Source: Candidatus Peribacteria bacterium (GTDB lineage Bacteria; Patescibacteriota; Gracilibacteria; Peribacterales; Peribacteraceae). From it: a DNA stretch of 64,000 nucleotides. The position numbers and the translations under genes are program-made. The DNA is taken from NCBI GenBank assembly GCA_041691135.1, contig JBEPVF010000005.1, positions 21,639 to 85,638 on the forward strand. The letters are read 5' to 3'. Within the stretch, counting starts at the first letter, position 1, and each line of letters starts with the position of its first letter. Positions 61,620-64,000 of this stretch are shown one piece after another. The notes below the pieces were generated by a model. The model saw nothing but the letters and a program-made list of their open reading frames with translations, ran no database searches and was not told the DNA's origin.

Positions 61620-62339
61620 ATGCCTGTTCCAACTTATACAGTTCGCTGCACCGAGAACACGCTGATCGCCCGCGACGTGTATCAGGTGCGATTCGCCAAG
61701 CCGGAAGGATTCATGTTTAAACCAGGACAGTTCATCCTGTTTGATGTGCCGCATCCGGATAATAAGGAAGACATCCAGGCCCGCGCCTACTCCATCGCCT
61801 CCACGCCTGACGAACCGGATTTGCTGTTCGCCATCAAACTCACACCGGGCGGCCGGATGAGCCGGTGGCTGGTCGAGAAAATAACGCCAGGCAAAAGCAG
61901 CTTCGTGATGAAGGGTCCGTTTGGGACGTTCGTAGTGGACCCGAATCCCGACAGAGAATTGCTCTTTCTGTGTACCAGCACCGGTAACGGTCCGTTCCGA
62001 TCGCAGATAAAAGCGGCGCTGGAGGCCGGCGATCGCCGTCCCATGGATCTGATCTACGGCGTACGAAGCGAGGAAGATCTGTTTTGGGAACAAGAATTCA
62101 CGCAGCTCGCAAACCAGTACGATACGTTGTCATTACATTTCTGTCTCAGCCAGGGGTCCGATGCGTGGACCGGTCACCGCGGACGCGTGCAAACATTGAT
62201 TCCGCAGGTTGTCCGAGATTTTTCGCGCAAGAGTTTGTACGCCTGCGGCAGTCCGGTGATGACGAAAGAAATCAAGGAATTGGCACTGACACAGTGGGGC
62301 ATGACGAAGAAGGATGTGCATGTGGAAGGATATATATAG
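61620..62339 (+). CDS. FAD-dependent oxidoreductase (ferredoxin-NADP reductase family)
   Basis: FKPGQF, RAYSIAS, GGRMS, GPFGTF, STGNGPF, YACGSPVM. Confidence 0.9.
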   Translation: MPVPTYTVRCTENTLIARDVYQVRFAKPEGFMFKPGQFILFDVPHPDNKEDIQARAYSIASTPDEPDLLFAIKLTPGGRMSRWLVEKITPGKSSFVMKGPFGTFVVDPNPDRELLFLCTSTGNGPFRSQIKAALEAGDRRPMDLIYGVRSEEDLFWEQEFTQLANQYDTLSLHFCLSQGSDAWTGHRGRVQTLIPQVVRDFSRKSLYACGSPVMTKEIKELALTQWGMTKKDVHVEGYI

Positions 62340-62455
62340 GCAGAAGCCAAATACCAACATTAAAAAAAAGTGGGATATCAGTCATCTGTTGGCAGTTGGG
62401 ATTTTTCCCAAGGATAATTTAGTATTTGCTCCTGCCTCAGAGTACAATCAGCTCC

Positions 62456-63214
62456 ATGCGCACTCATCTTCTTGTTGTCGGACTCGCTTCTCTTTCGTTG
62501 ATCGCCGCTGTGTCGCCGGAAAATATCCGTCCTCAAGCACCGCAGATCATCCCTGTTTTGAACGTTACCAAGCAGGAAGGACTCAAGCTGCATGCCGAGC
62601 AACGGGCACGGGCACGACAAACGAGTGCCACGAGCGTAAAGAGTTCTTCTTCTAGTTCATCTGCAACAGTAATCGTACCTTCCGGTACCTGCAGTCCCGC
62701 CGGCTATAAGTCCGTCAAGTTCGCATTGACCGCCGACATTCCTTCGACTTGGAGTTACTTCATGGACGGCACGGTCAGACGTGCGACTGATGCTGACTAT
62801 TTGCAGCATCCGTTCTTCAGCATCGCCGAAGATGGCGTGACGTACAGCAATACCAATGGCAACCAACTGGACGCCATCAAAGTATCCGGTGCCGACATCG
62901 ACACACGTATCCAGTCGCTCAAGACGAACAATCCGAATGGCACCTGGTCACAGGAAATAATCGACGGCCGCACGGCAGACGTCTTCACCTTTGCACCAAA
63001 TGACAACGGACAACCCGGTAATACGCTGTACTTCCTCAGTTGGAACGTCTCTACTTCCGCATTCAATCAAAGCCATCCGTACGATCTGGGCCTCGTCTTT
63101 CAGAAACAGCCCGGCAACGCCTCATTCAACTGCGGCGTGCAGCACTTCTTGACTACGATCGACCTGGATGCGTTCGCACAGAAATTCTTGAGCGACTATC
63201 CACGCGTTCAGTAG
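62456..63214 (+). CDS. hypothetical exported protein
   Basis: N-terminal hydrophobic signal, poly-Ser linker. Confidence 0.65.
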   Translation: MRTHLLVVGLASLSLIAAVSPENIRPQAPQIIPVLNVTKQEGLKLHAEQRARARQTSATSVKSSSSSSSATVIVPSGTCSPAGYKSVKFALTADIPSTWSYFMDGTVRRATDADYLQHPFFSIAEDGVTYSNTNGNQLDAIKVSGADIDTRIQSLKTNNPNGTWSQEIIDGRTADVFTFAPNDNGQPGNTLYFLSWNVSTSAFNQSHPYDLGLVFQKQPGNASFNCGVQHFLTTIDLDAFAQKFLSDYPRVQ

Positions 63215-63235
63215 CAGAGCATTCTGACTCTTTTT

Positions 63236-63841
63236 TCAGCCCAGAGCTTTGCCGTCTGCAATCATCTGCAAAACTTTCGGATACCATTCTTTCTCCAGTT
63301 CCTGCACGCGGACTCTGAGTGTGTCTTCGGTATCAGTCGGCAATACCTCACATGACTTTTGCAGCAATACACGACCGGTATCGACACCGGTATCGATATA
63401 GTGAATCGTCATGCCCGATTGCGTCTCGTCGGCAGCCAGGACTTCGCGATGCGCGTGCACACCGGGGTACTTGGGCAACAGTGACGGATGGACGTTAATG
63501 ATCCTGTCCTTCCAGGCACGGACAAACGGCTCCGATAGCAGCCACATCCAGCCGACTGCCGCAATGTATACGGCTGATCTGTCAGGGATTTTATTTGAAT
63601 ACAAAATTTGCTCTATCTCTGCAGTGAGCCGAGCGTCATACGCCTCGCGATCCTCACCTTTTGACCGCGCTACCACACGCACTGGAATCCCAACCGCATG
63701 CGCCTTCTCCACACATCCACGATCCGGACTATCGGTCACCAGCGCCAAGCATTCGGCATCGAGCGACCTATCGGCAATGCGATCGATAATCGCCTGGAAG
63801 GTGGTGCCGCGGGAGGAACTGAGGGCGATAAAGGGAAGCAT
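63236..63841 (-). CDS. purN: phosphoribosylglycinamide formyltransferase
   Basis: SSRGTTFQAI, INVHPSLLPKYPG, SGMTIHY..GVDTG. Confidence 0.93.
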   Translation of the reverse strand: MLPFIALSSSRGTTFQAIIDRIADRSLDAECLALVTDSPDRGCVEKAHAVGIPVRVVARSKGEDREAYDARLTAEIEQILYSNKIPDRSAVYIAAVGWMWLLSEPFVRAWKDRIINVHPSLLPKYPGVHAHREVLAADETQSGMTIHYIDTGVDTGRVLLQKSCEVLPTDTEDTLRVRVQELEKEWYPKVLQMIADGKALG

Positions 63842-63951
63842 AGTCCGTGCCGGAGAGTAGCATTCATTACAAAGAGAGCCAAAGAAAAGGATTCAAGTGA
63901 ATCAAGGGAATGACATTCTTTCCTCTCCGAACTTTCTTGCTCGCCACTCCC

Positions 63952-64000
63952 AGGCGGCTACAGCCGCCTAACTTCTTCGCAGGCTCACAATTCCAGACAA
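63952..64000. repeat. dispersed repeat with GGCGGCTACAGCCGCC hairpin, copy 2 (runs to window edge)
   Basis: 40 of 49 positions identical to 5189-5237. Confidence 0.8.

Overview
Gene-dense chromosomal window from a small-genome bacterium. Gene content points to a Patescibacteria/CPR organism, most likely Peribacteria-like (inference): two TrwB/VirD4-like ATPases, a TrbC/VirB2-like pilin, alpha2-type GlyRS, SLH-bearing envelope enzymes, a CofE-like ligase, and TGA used as stop. Housekeeping genes include hisS, tRNA-His, gyrB, rpsU, glyQS, rpsB-tsf, ychF, nrdJ with tandem NrdR boxes, ribD, rpoC-rpsL-rpsG...fusA and purN. Envelope genes include mltG, rlpA, a 3D/PG-binding protein, an S41 protease, a sortase, a PLD, and PKD and Cys-rich repeat proteins. 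Most interesting observations: (1) a YerC/HisR-hisG-hisI island in which HisI is a tandem pseudo-dimer with its catalytic motifs split between the two halves, and two promoters carry a palindrome in the same position; (2) a tandemly duplicated module upstream of rpoC, pairing a small helical protein with a large protein bearing an N-terminal ExRLxxL motif, a candidate chaperone/exported-substrate system; (3) a RAYT transposase with its flanking REP-like palindrome and a distant copy; (4) several dispersed palindromic and 9-bp-periodic repeat families. All calls come from reading the sequence and motifs; no database searches were run.
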